Positions 1-10,116 of a stretch of 64,000 bases of DNA are shown here, piece by piece. The first letter of the stretch is position 1. Every line of letters begins with the position of its first letter. The notes beneath the pieces are model-generated. The model was not told where the DNA came from and did not search any database. It was given only the letters and a program-made list of their open reading frames with translations. This DNA comes from an uncultured Pelagibacteraceae bacterium (GTDB lineage: Bacteria; Pseudomonadota; Alphaproteobacteria; Pelagibacterales; Pelagibacteraceae): NCBI GenBank assembly GCA_902550055.1, contig CACCXU010000002.1:71770-135769 (forward strand), in the 5' to 3' direction. The translations under genes were made by a program, and so were the position numbers.

Positions 1-125
1 CCTCCCATTCCAATAATTAAAACTTTTGCTCCAATAATTTTTTTTTGACCCAAGCTTCCAATATTTTTTAAAACTATTTGTCTTGAAAATCTCTCTATTT
101 GATTTTTATCTAAATTGATATTCAT
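1..125 (-). CDS. ThiF/MoeB/HesA family adenylyltransferase, 5' part only (runs off window start)
   Basis: Not in ORF track. Hand translation from ATG at 125 (ATGA overlap with dut stop): MNINLDKNQIERFSRQIVLKNIGSLGQKKIIGAKVLIIGMGG, the typical R(Y/F)SRQ...GQ.K....VL..G.GG N-terminus. Confidence 0.88.
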   Translation of the reverse strand, partial: MNINLDKNQIERFSRQIVLKNIGSLGQKKIIGAKVLIIGMG

Positions 126-559
126 TTACCTGTTGAACCAAATCCACCTTTACCTCTAATAGACTTAGGTAAATCATTTTTTTCTTCTAATTCCATCTTG
201 ACCACAGGTGCTAATATCATTTGAGCAATTCTATCACCATTATTAATTGAAAAATTTTCATTACCATGATTATAGATGATAACCTTTATTTCTCCCCTGT
301 AATCACTATCAATTGTTCCTGGAGTGTTTAACACACTAATATTATTTTTGGCTGCTAAACCTGATCTTGGTCTTATTTGAATCTCGTAATCTTCTGGGAA
401 AGCAACAGATAATCCTGTGGGAATTAAAACAGATGTTTTAGGTTCTAGATTAATGGGCTCTTTTATAAATGCGATTAAGTCTACACCTGATGCGCCACTG
501 GTTTTATATTCGGGTAATTCTACAGCTGGGTCAAGTTTTTTGATTAGAACTTTAACCAT
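122..559 (-). CDS. dut: dUTP diphosphatase
   Basis: Motifs PRSGLA, GTIDSDYRGE, GDRIAQ, RGKGGFGSTG; downstream of coaBC. Confidence 0.97.
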   Translation of the reverse strand: MVKVLIKKLDPAVELPEYKTSGASGVDLIAFIKEPINLEPKTSVLIPTGLSVAFPEDYEIQIRPRSGLAAKNNISVLNTPGTIDSDYRGEIKVIIYNHGNENFSINNGDRIAQMILAPVVKMELEEKNDLPKSIRGKGGFGSTGK

Positions 560-1764
560 TAATTCATTTGAGCAACTATTCTATCTACAATTTCCTCTGA
601 AATCTCTGACTTCTTTTTTAATGAAAGTTTCTCCTTTTTCATTTCTTTATTTTTATAGAAAATTGTAACTTCATTATTTTCATTATCAAAACCACTTTCA
701 TCTTTTGAGACGTCATTAGCTATTATCCAGTCGCAATTTTTATCTTTTAATTTTTGCATAGCATTTTTCTCTAAACTTGTTGTTTCAGCTGCAAAACCTA
801 TAACCATTTTTGGTCTCATAGAGTTATGATTAGAAACATAGTTCAAAATATCGATACTCCTTTCTAAATTTAATGTTAAACTATCAACTTTTTTAATCTT
901 TTCTTTATGTTCATAACTAGCTTTGAAATCAGCAACAGCAGCAGCAAATACAGCTATATCAGTTGGAAGACTTTTTTGAGTGGCCTTAAACATTTCTTCA
1001 GCAGTCTCAACTTTGATTAATTTAATATTTTCATCTATTTTTAGGTTTGTAGGTCCAGATATTAAAGTGGTATCAAAACCTCTTTTATAGAGCGATTTTG
1101 CTATCTCATAACCCTGTTTACCGCTAGATTTATTTGTAATAAATCTAACAGGATCTATATATTCATTAGTAGGACCAGCGGTTACTAGTGCTTTGAGTTT
1201 ATTATTTTTAATTTTACTTGATAAAAAATTTTGAATTTCTTCATAAATAACTAAAGGTTCAGACATTTTACCCTCACCATATTCACCACAAGCCATATCA
1301 CCTATTTCAGGCCCAATAATTTTGTAGTCAAAACCTTTCAATGTTTTAAGATTATTTTGTGTAGACTGATGTTCCCACATTCTAACATTCATTGCTGGAG
1401 CTAAAAAAACTTGTTTATTTGAAGCTAATATAACTGTGGATGCTAAGTCGTCTGAGTTACCCTGGCTTAATTTGGAAATGGTGTTGGCAGTTGCTGGAGC
1501 AACGATGATTACATCGGCCCATCTTGATAAAGAAATATGGTCCATTTCTGTCTCATTCTCTAGGCTAAATAAATCATCATAAACTTTTCCTTGAGATAAT
1601 GAGGCTACAGATAATGGGGTTACAAACTCCTTTGCACTTTTAGTTAGTATTGTTTTTATTTCAGCATTATTCTTTCTAAACATTCTTATCGTTTCAAGAC
1701 TTTTGTAAGCAGAAATTCCACCACATATTATAAAAAGAACTTTTTTGTTTGATAAATCTTTCAT
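559..1764 (-). CDS. coaBC: Phosphopantothenoylcysteine decarboxylase/ligase
   Basis: GGISAYK, APATAN, PAMNxxM, ACGEYGEG, TAGPTxEYIDPVRFITNxSSGKQG, GFAAET. Confidence 0.97.
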   Translation of the reverse strand: MKDLSNKKVLFIICGGISAYKSLETIRMFRKNNAEIKTILTKSAKEFVTPLSVASLSQGKVYDDLFSLENETEMDHISLSRWADVIIVAPATANTISKLSQGNSDDLASTVILASNKQVFLAPAMNVRMWEHQSTQNNLKTLKGFDYKIIGPEIGDMACGEYGEGKMSEPLVIYEEIQNFLSSKIKNNKLKALVTAGPTNEYIDPVRFITNKSSGKQGYEIAKSLYKRGFDTTLISGPTNLKIDENIKLIKVETAEEMFKATQKSLPTDIAVFAAAVADFKASYEHKEKIKKVDSLTLNLERSIDILNYVSNHNSMRPKMVIGFAAETTSLEKNAMQKLKDKNCDWIIANDVSKDESGFDNENNEVTIFYKNKEMKKEKLSLKKKSEISEEIVDRIVAQMN

Positions 1765-1772
1765 CGACTGAA

Positions 1773-3341
1773 TTAAAATATTAAAAGACCAAAAATTACA
1801 AGGATTAATAAACCAATAATAGATTGGTTTCTAAAAGCAGTCATTTCTGATTTTTGAGTGTTTAAGGCCGTATAGGAATTTGAGTTTTGTGGGATTTGTC
1901 CACTAGCAAGATAAGTAAGAGCTTGATTAGCTTTATCCATAATTTCAGGAAATTCCGGTAATCTTTTTATTACTTCAGATGTATTCTGAAATGTCTCATT
2001 TAGTTTTGTCATTGGATCTTTTGTTTCTTTTAGCCAACTTTCAAGAACTGGTTTTGAAGTGGTCCAAATATTTGTGTTTGGATTTAATTTTCTAGCTACA
2101 CCTTCAACAACAACCATTGTTTTCTGTAACATTAGAAGCTGAGGTTGAGTTTGCATGTTAAATTTTTCTGTGACATCAAATAGTTGCTTTAATAATTTTC
2201 CTCCAGAAATATCTTTAACTGCTTGACCAAAAATTGGTTCACCGATGGATCTTAGGGCTTGAGCCAAATCATCTATTGGAACTTCTTTTGGCACAAGACC
2301 TGCAATCAAATGTACTTCAGCAACTTTACGATAATCTCTTTGAATAAAACCAAATAAAATTTCAGCTAAAAATCTTTTACTCATTTTATCTAATCTACCC
2401 ATAATTCCAAAATCAATAGGAACAATTTGACCATCATTATCTATGAAAATATTGCCTTGGTGCATATCTGCATGAAAAAAACCATCTCTTACAGCATGTC
2501 TTAAAAAATTTTGAATAATATCTTCTGCAATTTTTTCAGTATTAAATTCTTTATTTTTTAGTTCTTCCGTTTCTCTAATAGATATTCCATCCACCCAATC
2601 TAGGGTCATTACATTTTCGCTTGTATAATTCCAATAAATTTTAGGAACTCTAAATCCAACATCATTCTTTGTATTTTCAGCATATTCATTTGCAGCAGCT
2701 GCTTCAAATCTTAAATCCATCTCTAGATTTGTGATTTCTTTTAATAAAAATACTACTTCTACCAGCTTGAGTCTTTTTGTCTTTTTAATAAATGATTCTA
2801 TTAAGAAAGCAAAAAGCATTATTGCATCAATCTCCTCATTGAATATTTTTTTTATGTTTGGTCTTAGAATTTTAATTGCAACGTCCTTAAGAATTCCATT
2901 GTCATTAATTTGAGCTTTGTGGACTTGAGCAATTGAAGCAGCAGCAACTGGTTCACTTAAATTTATTATAGAGTCATAACTTTCGTTACCTAGATCATTC
3001 TTAATTATTTCTTTAGCTTGTAACAGAGAAAATGGTGGCAATTTATCTTGAAGGTTTTCAAGTTTTTTGGAAAGTTCTTCACCAATTATATCAGGTCTGG
3101 TTGCTAAAAATTGACCAAGTTTAATAAAAGTTGTTCCCATTGACTCTAAAGAGTCAGATAGTCTCTCTCCCTCGTCTTTATTTGCATCTATTTGTTTTTT
3201 TGGTGAAAAGGAAAATGATAATATCTTAAATAAAATCTTTATAGATAAAGGTGGTTCCTTAAATTTTGATACAATATTTAAAATATCAGAACAAGCTACT
3301 TTTCTTCCAAGTTTAAAGAGAATAATTAATTTTTTTACCAT
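1773..3341 (-). CDS. ubiB: Ubiquinone biosynthesis kinase-like protein UbiB
   Basis: FIKLGQ, AAASIAQVHKA, VAIK, FFHADMHQGN, IDFG. Start placed at ATG 3341 (TGATG overlap with ubiE stop) rather than 3353. Confidence 0.95.
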   Translation of the reverse strand: MVKKLIILFKLGRKVACSDILNIVSKFKEPPLSIKILFKILSFSFSPKKQIDANKDEGERLSDSLESMGTTFIKLGQFLATRPDIIGEELSKKLENLQDKLPPFSLLQAKEIIKNDLGNESYDSIINLSEPVAAASIAQVHKAQINDNGILKDVAIKILRPNIKKIFNEEIDAIMLFAFLIESFIKKTKRLKLVEVVFLLKEITNLEMDLRFEAAAANEYAENTKNDVGFRVPKIYWNYTSENVMTLDWVDGISIRETEELKNKEFNTEKIAEDIIQNFLRHAVRDGFFHADMHQGNIFIDNDGQIVPIDFGIMGRLDKMSKRFLAEILFGFIQRDYRKVAEVHLIAGLVPKEVPIDDLAQALRSIGEPIFGQAVKDISGGKLLKQLFDVTEKFNMQTQPQLLMLQKTMVVVEGVARKLNPNTNIWTTSKPVLESWLKETKDPMTKLNETFQNTSEVIKRLPEFPEIMDKANQALTYLASGQIPQNSNSYTALNTQKSEMTAFRNQSIIGLLILVIFGLLIF

Positions 3342-4045
3342 CAAAATTTCCATCCACTATGAATAGAAACTATTCCACCTGATAAATTTCTATAGGTACA
3401 TTTTTTAAAATTGTTTTTAACCATTGCGTCAATTAATTCCTCCTGGTTTAAAAAATCTTCAATACTTTTAATTAGATATTCATACGGCTGCTTTTCACCA
3501 ACAACAAACTTGCCTATAGAAGGTATTAGCTTAGAATAATTTTTATAAAGGGTTTCTAAATTTGTATTCTGAATTTTTGAAAACTCTAAGCATAAAAAAC
3601 GACCCCCTGGTTTTAAAACTCTATAAGCCTCAGAAAGAGCCTTATCTATATTAGCAGTGTTTCTTAAACCAAAACTTATAGTATAAAAGTCAAATAAATT
3701 ATCAGATAAAGGAATTTTTTCGGCTGGAGATATAATCCAATTTATATTTTTAAACTTAGACAACTTTTCTTTTCCTTTACTTATCATCCCTTTATTTGGA
3801 TCGACACATGCAATACGAGATAATTTATTTACATGTTTAACAAATAGTTTAGCTATGTCTCCAGTACCACAAGCAACATCAATTAAATTTTGATTACTGG
3901 ATGGATTCATCATATTTAATAGACTTTTTTTCCACAATCGATGAATCCCTAATGACATAAAATCATTCATTAGATCATAACGATCGTACACTTGATTAAA
4001 CACATTTTGGACTAATCCTTTTTTATTTTGTAGATATTGTTGCAT
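3341..4045 (-). CDS. ubiE: Ubiquinone/menaquinone C-methyltransferase
   Basis: YDLMNDFMSLGIHRLWK, DVACGTGD, ISFGLRN, RVLKPGGRFLCLEFS; upstream of ubiB. Confidence 0.97.
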   Translation of the reverse strand: MQQYLQNKKGLVQNVFNQVYDRYDLMNDFMSLGIHRLWKKSLLNMMNPSSNQNLIDVACGTGDIAKLFVKHVNKLSRIACVDPNKGMISKGKEKLSKFKNINWIISPAEKIPLSDNLFDFYTISFGLRNTANIDKALSEAYRVLKPGGRFLCLEFSKIQNTNLETLYKNYSKLIPSIGKFVVGEKQPYEYLIKSIEDFLNQEELIDAMVKNNFKKCTYRNLSGGIVSIHSGWKF

Positions 4046-4077
4046 AATTCAAAAATATATAATCAATATAGTATTAA

Positions 4078-4941
4078 ATGCCAGAATTACCAGAAGTAGA
4101 AATTGTACGTCAATCTTTAGACAAAAAGATTAAACAAAAAAAGGTCAAAAAAGTAATAGTTAGAAATAGAAATTTAAGAACTAAAATCCCACTTAATTTT
4201 CCAAGATTCCTTGAAGGCAAAAAAATAATCAAAGTAAAAAGATTTTCAAAATATCTGATTATTTGCCTCTCAAATCAAAGTTATTGTCTTTTACATCTGG
4301 GTATGTCAGGAACTATTCATCTAATTTATAATCAAAAAAAAAGTTTGGTAACTAATACCAGTTTTTATAGCTCACCTACATTACCTAAAAAACATAATCA
4401 CGTAGAAATAGTTTTTGATGATCTTAAAATTGTATACAACGATCCAAGAAGATTTGGTTTTTTTGAAATAGTGGTTAATGAACGTTTTTTGGATAAAAGA
4501 TTCTCTAAACTTGGACCAGAACCTTTTCAATCAGAATTTAACTTAAGTTATATTTATTCTTTTTTAAAAGGAAAAACAAAAAATATAAAAAACTTTCTAT
4601 TAGATCAAAATTTTGTATCGGGGATAGGAAACATTTATGCAAGTGAAATTTTATTTTTATGTAAAATTAAACCTGATAAAAAAGTATCTTTATTAAATAA
4701 AGAAGATTGTAAAAAAATAATATTTAATTCTAAAAAGGTTTTGATTAATGCTATCAAAAAGGGAGGATCAAGTATTAGAGATTTTAAGAACACATCAGGT
4801 AAATCAGGAAATTTCCAAAAGAATTTTAATGTTTATGAGAGAAAAGGACTTAATTGTAAAAGGTCTGGATGCAACGGAATTATTAAAAAAAAAATGATTT
4901 CCAATAGATCTTCTTTTTTTTGTAATATCTGCCAAATATAA
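4078..4941 (+). CDS. mutM: Formamidopyrimidine-DNA glycosylase
   Basis: N-terminal PELPEVE, HLGMSG, DPRRFG, LLDQ..VSGIGNIYASE, C-terminal zinc finger. Confidence 0.97.
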   Translation: MPELPEVEIVRQSLDKKIKQKKVKKVIVRNRNLRTKIPLNFPRFLEGKKIIKVKRFSKYLIICLSNQSYCLLHLGMSGTIHLIYNQKKSLVTNTSFYSSPTLPKKHNHVEIVFDDLKIVYNDPRRFGFFEIVVNERFLDKRFSKLGPEPFQSEFNLSYIYSFLKGKTKNIKNFLLDQNFVSGIGNIYASEILFLCKIKPDKKVSLLNKEDCKKIIFNSKKVLINAIKKGGSSIRDFKNTSGKSGNFQKNFNVYERKGLNCKRSGCNGIIKKKMISNRSSFFCNICQI

Positions 4942-4952
4942 TAATTATTTAA

Positions 4953-4981
4953 TTGACCAAAATTCATTCTCAAGTTATACC
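4953..4981 (+). promoter_or_regulatory. Putative sigma70 promoter of rpsT (TTGACC-N17-TATACC)
   Basis: Hexamers at 4953-4958 and 4976-4981 with 17-nt spacer, ending 9 nt before the rpsT ATG. Confidence 0.6.
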
Positions 4982-4990
4982 CCTGCGCAT

Positions 4991-5251
4991 ATGGCTAACA
5001 CAAAATCAGCAATCAAAAGAATTAGAAGAATTTCAAAACAAACAGCTGTTAATAAGGCTCGAAAAAGTAGATATAAAAATGCTTTGAAGAAAATGAATTC
5101 TTTAATTGAAGCTAAAAAGAAGTCTGAGGCTTTAAAGTTCTTACCTAAGTTGAATTCTGAGTTGATGAAAATAGCTAAAACAGGCATCGTAAAGAAACAA
5201 AACGCTTCTAGAAACGTTTCAAGGTTTACCAAAAAAATAGCATCAATCTAG
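4991..5251 (+). CDS. rpsT: 30S ribosomal protein S20
   Basis: MANTKSAIKRIR...N.A.R; conserved mutM-rpsT-dnaA neighbourhood. Confidence 0.97.
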   Translation: MANTKSAIKRIRRISKQTAVNKARKSRYKNALKKMNSLIEAKKKSEALKFLPKLNSELMKIAKTGIVKKQNASRNVSRFTKKIASI

Positions 5252-5541
5252 TTTAATAACACTTCAGGTTGTTAATCCTAATACAACTTTTAAATCTACA
5301 AAATCTGTGATCTTAAAAATTCTCCACACAATATTTAGATTTAGTAAATAAACAAACTTATTTAATTCAATTATAAATTTTATTTATATTTTTTTTTTAT
5401 TTTTCTTTATTTTTTTTTGTCAAATACTTTTTTTTAAAAAAAAAAAATTTACACAATCCTAGATTTTATTTTTTTTTTATTTTTGAAAATTATTTGTTGC
5501 AATAATTTTATTATGGTTCTAACTGAACACTCTCCACATTT
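5252..5541. promoter_or_regulatory. AT-rich dnaA upstream region with degenerate DnaA boxes
   Basis: 290-nt gap with long A/T tracts; TTCTCCACA (5320-5328), ATTTACACA (5447-5455) and CTCTCCACA (5530-5538) are 1-2 mismatch versions of TTWTNCACA. Confidence 0.4.
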
Positions 5542-6960
5542 ATGAACAATTCTATAAATAATAATAGTTTAAAAGATTCTAAATCCGATATTCTTGATTG
5601 GAATTTAGTTCAAGCTGAAATGAAAAATAAATTAGGACTAGATATTTACGAAAGTTGGCTAAAAAAAATAACTTTTGTTGAGGAAATCAATAATTATATC
5701 TTATTATCTGTACCTACTAGATTCATTCGTGATTGGATTACATCTAGATACTTAGATCAAATCTTGAAAATTATAAAAAATTATAAAAAAGAAATTGTTC
5801 GTATTGAATTCAAAATAACTGAAAATAAACCCACTTCAACTCAGGATGAAAATAATACTAATGTCATAGAAAATAAAGAAAATGTTTCTTTTATAAAAGA
5901 CTCTTATTTACAATATAGTCGAATAGATCCTAACAAAAATTTTGAAAACTTTATTACTGGCTCCAGCAATAAATTAGCATACGAAGCTTCTGTAAAAGTT
6001 TCAGAGAATATTTCACATTATAATCCACTTTATCTTTATGGTGGTGTTGGAATGGGCAAGACACATCTTTTAAATGCAATTGGTTTTCACCTGAAAAAAG
6101 ACAATAAGGTTATGTTTATATCGGCAGAACGTTTTATGTACCAATTTGTAAAATCAATCAAATCCAATGATATGGTCAAATTTAAAGAGTATTTTCGTAA
6201 TACAGATATTTTGTTAATTGATGATATACAATTCATGAATGGTAAAGAGGCAATGCAAGAAGAATTTTTTCATACTTTTAATGCATTATTAGACAAAGGT
6301 TCTCAAATTATAATTTCTGCTGATAGATCTCCTAATAAGCTGTCAAGAATTCAGGAGAGGATAAAGTCAAGATTTGCAGGAGGTCTAGTTGTGGATATTC
6401 AAAAAACTGATTTAGCACTCAGAAAAAAAATCCTTGAAAGTAAAATAAGTGACTTAAATAATTTGTATCCTGAAAAGTTTAATATACCTGAGGAAATTAA
6501 GGATTTTATAAGCATTAAAATCACAACGAGTGTTAGAGAATTGGTGGGTGCAATAAATAGAATTATATCCTTTTCAAGAATTTATAACAAAATACCAAGC
6601 TTAGCTGAGACAAAAGTTATATTAAAAGATTTACTTAATTTAAATGAAAATAAAGTAACTATTGATCTCATTCAAACTATTGTGTGTAAATTTTTTAAGA
6701 TTAGTAAAAATGAAATGCTTTCATCAAGAAGATCTAGGTACCTAGTGAGACCACGGCAAACAGCAATTTATTTAACAAAAATTTTGACTTCAAAATCTCT
6801 TCCTGAAATTGGAAGAGAGTTTTCAAATAGAGATCACACAACTATAATTCACTCAGTTAAAACTATTGAAAAATTAAAAGAAAAAGATCCAGATATGATT
6901 GCAAATATAGATAAACTAAAAAATCAAATATTATATAGCAATAAAGAAAATGAAATTTAA
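5542..6960 (+). CDS. dnaA: Chromosomal replication initiator
   Basis: YNPLYLYGGVGMGKTHL, LLIDDIQF, QEEFFHTFN, SLPEIG..F..RDHTT. Confidence 0.99.
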   Translation: MNNSINNNSLKDSKSDILDWNLVQAEMKNKLGLDIYESWLKKITFVEEINNYILLSVPTRFIRDWITSRYLDQILKIIKNYKKEIVRIEFKITENKPTSTQDENNTNVIENKENVSFIKDSYLQYSRIDPNKNFENFITGSSNKLAYEASVKVSENISHYNPLYLYGGVGMGKTHLLNAIGFHLKKDNKVMFISAERFMYQFVKSIKSNDMVKFKEYFRNTDILLIDDIQFMNGKEAMQEEFFHTFNALLDKGSQIIISADRSPNKLSRIQERIKSRFAGGLVVDIQKTDLALRKKILESKISDLNNLYPEKFNIPEEIKDFISIKITTSVRELVGAINRIISFSRIYNKIPSLAETKVILKDLLNLNENKVTIDLIQTIVCKFFKISKNEMLSSRRSRYLVRPRQTAIYLTKILTSKSLPEIGREFSNRDHTTIIHSVKTIEKLKEKDPDMIANIDKLKNQILYSNKENEI

Positions 6961-8062
6961 TGTAAACCAACAAGACCTACAGCAAGCATTAAATTATTGT
7001 CAAGGAGTCATAGAAAAACGAAGTACACTTCCAATATTGTCAAACATATTGCTCGATGCACAAAATTCAAAACTCACTATAACAGCGACAGATTTAGACT
7101 TAATATTTATTAATCAAATAAATAACGTCGAAGTCATAGAGGAAGGAAAAACAACCACTACGTCGTCTACTATGTATGATATTGTTAGAAAACTCTCATC
7201 AGGAAAAAAAATTAATTTAACTTTAACAGACAATAGCAAACTTCATCTAGAATCAGAAAAATCTATTTTTAATTTAAATTGTATGCCCGCTTCAGAATTT
7301 CCTTTAACAGATGAAAATTTTAATGAGAATGAATTTAGCCTTAAATCAAAAGACCTATTAAAGTTGCTAAATAAATGTAAATTTTCTGTGTCAAATGATG
7401 AAACTAGACATTATTTAAGTGGAATTTATTTTCATCAAACAGAGGTTGAGGAAAAGAATTACTTAACTGCAGTATCAACTGATAGTCATCGTATGTCCAT
7501 TTCTAAACTCAGATTAAATGAAAAAAAAATTTTTGAACCGATTATATTACCTAAAAAGACTATTTTTCAATTAAGTTCATTATTAGAAAATTATGATGGT
7601 GAAGTAAAAATTTCAAATATGAAATCTAAGATAAAATTTGAGTTAAATAATAGTATTTTAATTTCTAAGTTAATAGATGGAAAATTTCCTAATTACATTC
7701 AAGTAATTCCAAAAAATAATCAAAAAAAATTAGAAATTGACCTTAAAATTTTTCAAAGTTCGGTTGATAGAGTAGCCTCAGTATCGCTTGATAAAAAAGA
7801 TGGTGTAAAATTTAGCTTAAGTAAAGATAAACTAGATTTGTCTGTAAATAATACCAATAGCGGTGATGGAAAAGAATCCCTTGTAGTGAAATTTGATCAT
7901 GATTTAGAAATTAGTTTTAATTCTAAATATCTTATAGATGTTGCTTCACAATTAGATGGAAATAATATTGAAATGTTTCTAAATGATTCAGGTTCACCTG
8001 CGCTAATCAAAGATCCTGGTGATTTCGATAGTATTTTTGTAGTTATGCCTATGAAAGGTTAA
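6950..8062 (+). CDS. dnaN: DNA polymerase III beta clamp
   Basis: TLPILSN, ATDLD, ETRHYLSG, TDSHR, KLIDGKFPNY, C-terminal VVMPM. Confidence 0.98.
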   Translation: MKFNVNQQDLQQALNYCQGVIEKRSTLPILSNILLDAQNSKLTITATDLDLIFINQINNVEVIEEGKTTTTSSTMYDIVRKLSSGKKINLTLTDNSKLHLESEKSIFNLNCMPASEFPLTDENFNENEFSLKSKDLLKLLNKCKFSVSNDETRHYLSGIYFHQTEVEEKNYLTAVSTDSHRMSISKLRLNEKKIFEPIILPKKTIFQLSSLLENYDGEVKISNMKSKIKFELNNSILISKLIDGKFPNYIQVIPKNNQKKLEIDLKIFQSSVDRVASVSLDKKDGVKFSLSKDKLDLSVNNTNSGDGKESLVVKFDHDLEISFNSKYLIDVASQLDGNNIEMFLNDSGSPALIKDPGDFDSIFVVMPMKG

Positions 8063-8760
8063 TTTAGCAATTTAAGTTCAGAATATATAGTTTTCTCTAA
8101 AATCCCTAAAAATTCTTCCTTGGAATAATCAGGTTTGATAGGTTCCAAAATTGAAATTGTAATTGTTTTGTTAATATCTTTTTTTCCTTTTTTTGGCCAG
8201 ACGTAACCAGAATTAATAGCAACTGGTTGGCATTTTATTTTCAATTCTTCGTAAATCCTTGATGCACCTTTTTTAAATGGAGGTTGTTCGTGGGGTAATA
8301 CTCGAGTTCCTTGAGGAAAAATTATTATTGGTCGATTTGTATTTGCAATTATTTTAGAAATATCTTCAAAAAAATTGATGTTTTCTTTCGATACCTTATT
8401 TCTTTTGATAGAAATTGATCCTATTTTTTTTAAGTACCAGCCAAAAATAGGTATCATAAGTAATTCTTTTTTTAAGATAAATACAGGAGAATTAAAAATC
8501 GTTTGTAGGAAAAAAGTTTCAAACATAGATTGATGAGAGGAAGCAATAAAAAATTTTTCATTTTTAATTAAATTTTCTTTACCTTTGACAATGATTTTAG
8601 TGGACAAGAAAATTTTTAAACAAATAGCAGCCCAATAACCCATTAATTTCCCACCAAAAAGTGTAAATTTTTGTGGTAAGATTAACGCTGGCAGAAAAAT
8701 AATTGAAATTAAAATTATTCCTGAAAAAAAGAAAATTGAAAATAGAAAGTTTCTTATCAT
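8059..8760 (-). CDS. plsC: 1-acyl-sn-glycerol-3-phosphate acyltransferase (PlsC family)
   Basis: SHQSMFE (HxxxxD/E), KKEL..IPIFGW, IFPQGTR. Confidence 0.85.
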   Translation of the reverse strand: MIRNFLFSIFFFSGIILISIIFLPALILPQKFTLFGGKLMGYWAAICLKIFLSTKIIVKGKENLIKNEKFFIASSHQSMFETFFLQTIFNSPVFILKKELLMIPIFGWYLKKIGSISIKRNKVSKENINFFEDISKIIANTNRPIIIFPQGTRVLPHEQPPFKKGASRIYEELKIKCQPVAINSGYVWPKKGKKDINKTITISILEPIKPDYSKEEFLGILEKTIYSELKLLN

Positions 8761-8773
8761 TAATTATCAAAAG

Positions 8774-9985
8774 CTAAATTATCTCATGGTGCTTTTGTCT
8801 TTTTTTAACTACTCTTATTTTAGATCCATTAATTAATATTTCTATAGGCTTAGGTCTGAGATTATAATTAGAACTGAGTGATATACCATAGGCACCTACA
8901 TCGCAAATTGCGATAAAATCTTTCTCTTTTAGTTCTTGAAAATTTTTTATGGACGTAAACTTATCAGTGCTTTCGCAAATTGGGCCAACAAATTCATAAA
9001 TTTTCTTTGATTTTTTACCTCTTTTTAACAAAGGTAAGATGCGATGTACTGCACCATAAAGTGCGGGTCTCATTAAATCATTCATAGCAGCATCTAGAAT
9101 AACAAAATTCTTTTTATAACTCTCTTTTATGTAAATTACTTTTGATATTAAAACTCCTGTATTGCCGATTATTGATCTACCTGGCTCAAATATAATCTGA
9201 GATTTTTTATTTTTTAAAAACTTTTTAATTGCTGAATGATATTTTTTATAATTTAGTTTTTTATCATTATTGTATGGGATGCCCATACCTCCCCCTAGGT
9301 CAATAAAATCAAATTTATATTGGGTTTTTTTGATGATTTTATCTAATATTCTTAACATTTTTTCATAGGGTTTATGATCTAAAATTTGACTTCCAATATG
9401 AACACTTAAACATTTTAAATTAATATTTTTAGAATTCTTACAATATCTTACAAGTTCAAAAAATGTTTTATCATTAACTCCAAATTTATTATCTTTTTTA
9501 CCTGTCGATATTTGGCTCAAAGTTTTCGCATCAGTATTTGGGTTTAATCTAATACCAATATTAACTTGTTTTTTTTTTATTTTAGCAATTTTATCAATTT
9601 CTATGATTTCGCTTTTGGACTCTGAATTTATTAATAAAATATTTTTATCAATTGCAAAATTAATTTCTTTGGAAGTTTTACCAACTCCTGAAAAAACAAT
9701 CTTCTTCGGACTAATTCCAGCCTTAAGAGCTAACATTAATTCACCCATTGATACAACATCTGCCCCAAGTCCAAATTTTTTTATTTCTTTTATTAAATTT
9801 AAATTAGTATTTGATTTAATAGCAAAACAAATTAATGGTGATATGGATTTAAAATTTTTTTTAAAATCATTTATATTTTCTCTAAGTTGTTTATACGAGT
9901 AGCAATATGCAGGTGTTCCATATTTTTTAGCAATATTTTGCAGGATTGTATTTTCAATCTTAAGTTTACTATTTAAAAATCTCAT
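8774..9985 (-). CDS. lysA: Diaminopimelate decarboxylase
   Basis: GTP.Y.Y, FAIKSN (PLP lysine), HIGSQ, EPGRS, RPALY, GPICES, GAYG...SSNYN. Confidence 0.96.
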   Translation of the reverse strand: MRFLNSKLKIENTILQNIAKKYGTPAYCYSYKQLRENINDFKKNFKSISPLICFAIKSNTNLNLIKEIKKFGLGADVVSMGELMLALKAGISPKKIVFSGVGKTSKEINFAIDKNILLINSESKSEIIEIDKIAKIKKKQVNIGIRLNPNTDAKTLSQISTGKKDNKFGVNDKTFFELVRYCKNSKNINLKCLSVHIGSQILDHKPYEKMLRILDKIIKKTQYKFDFIDLGGGMGIPYNNDKKLNYKKYHSAIKKFLKNKKSQIIFEPGRSIIGNTGVLISKVIYIKESYKKNFVILDAAMNDLMRPALYGAVHRILPLLKRGKKSKKIYEFVGPICESTDKFTSIKNFQELKEKDFIAICDVGAYGISLSSNYNLRPKPIEILINGSKIRVVKKRQKHHEII

Positions 9986-10116
9986 TAAGCTTTATTTAGA
10001 AAGTAGCTTGGTATTTTTGAATTACTTTGAGATTCTTTATAGACTGGGTCTCCTTTTTTTCCACAAGCGATCAATGTAGAAAATACAATTATTGCTAAAA
10101 TAATCTTTTTTTTCAT
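9985..10116 (-). CDS. Small lipoprotein, LptM/YifL (LppL) family, 43 aa
   Basis: Not in ORF track. MKKKIILAIIVFSTLIACGKKGDPVYKESQSNSKIPSYFLNKA: lipobox LIAC followed by CGxKGxxxY; ATGA overlap with argH stop and TAATG overlap with lysA start. Confidence 0.88.
   Translation of the reverse strand: MKKKIILAIIVFSTLIACGKKGDPVYKESQSNSKIPSYFLNKA

Noticed and set aside
5252-5541. Calling this interval oriC
   Set aside because: No perfect DnaA box, and many alphaproteobacterial origins are not next to dnaA; needs whole-genome skew data
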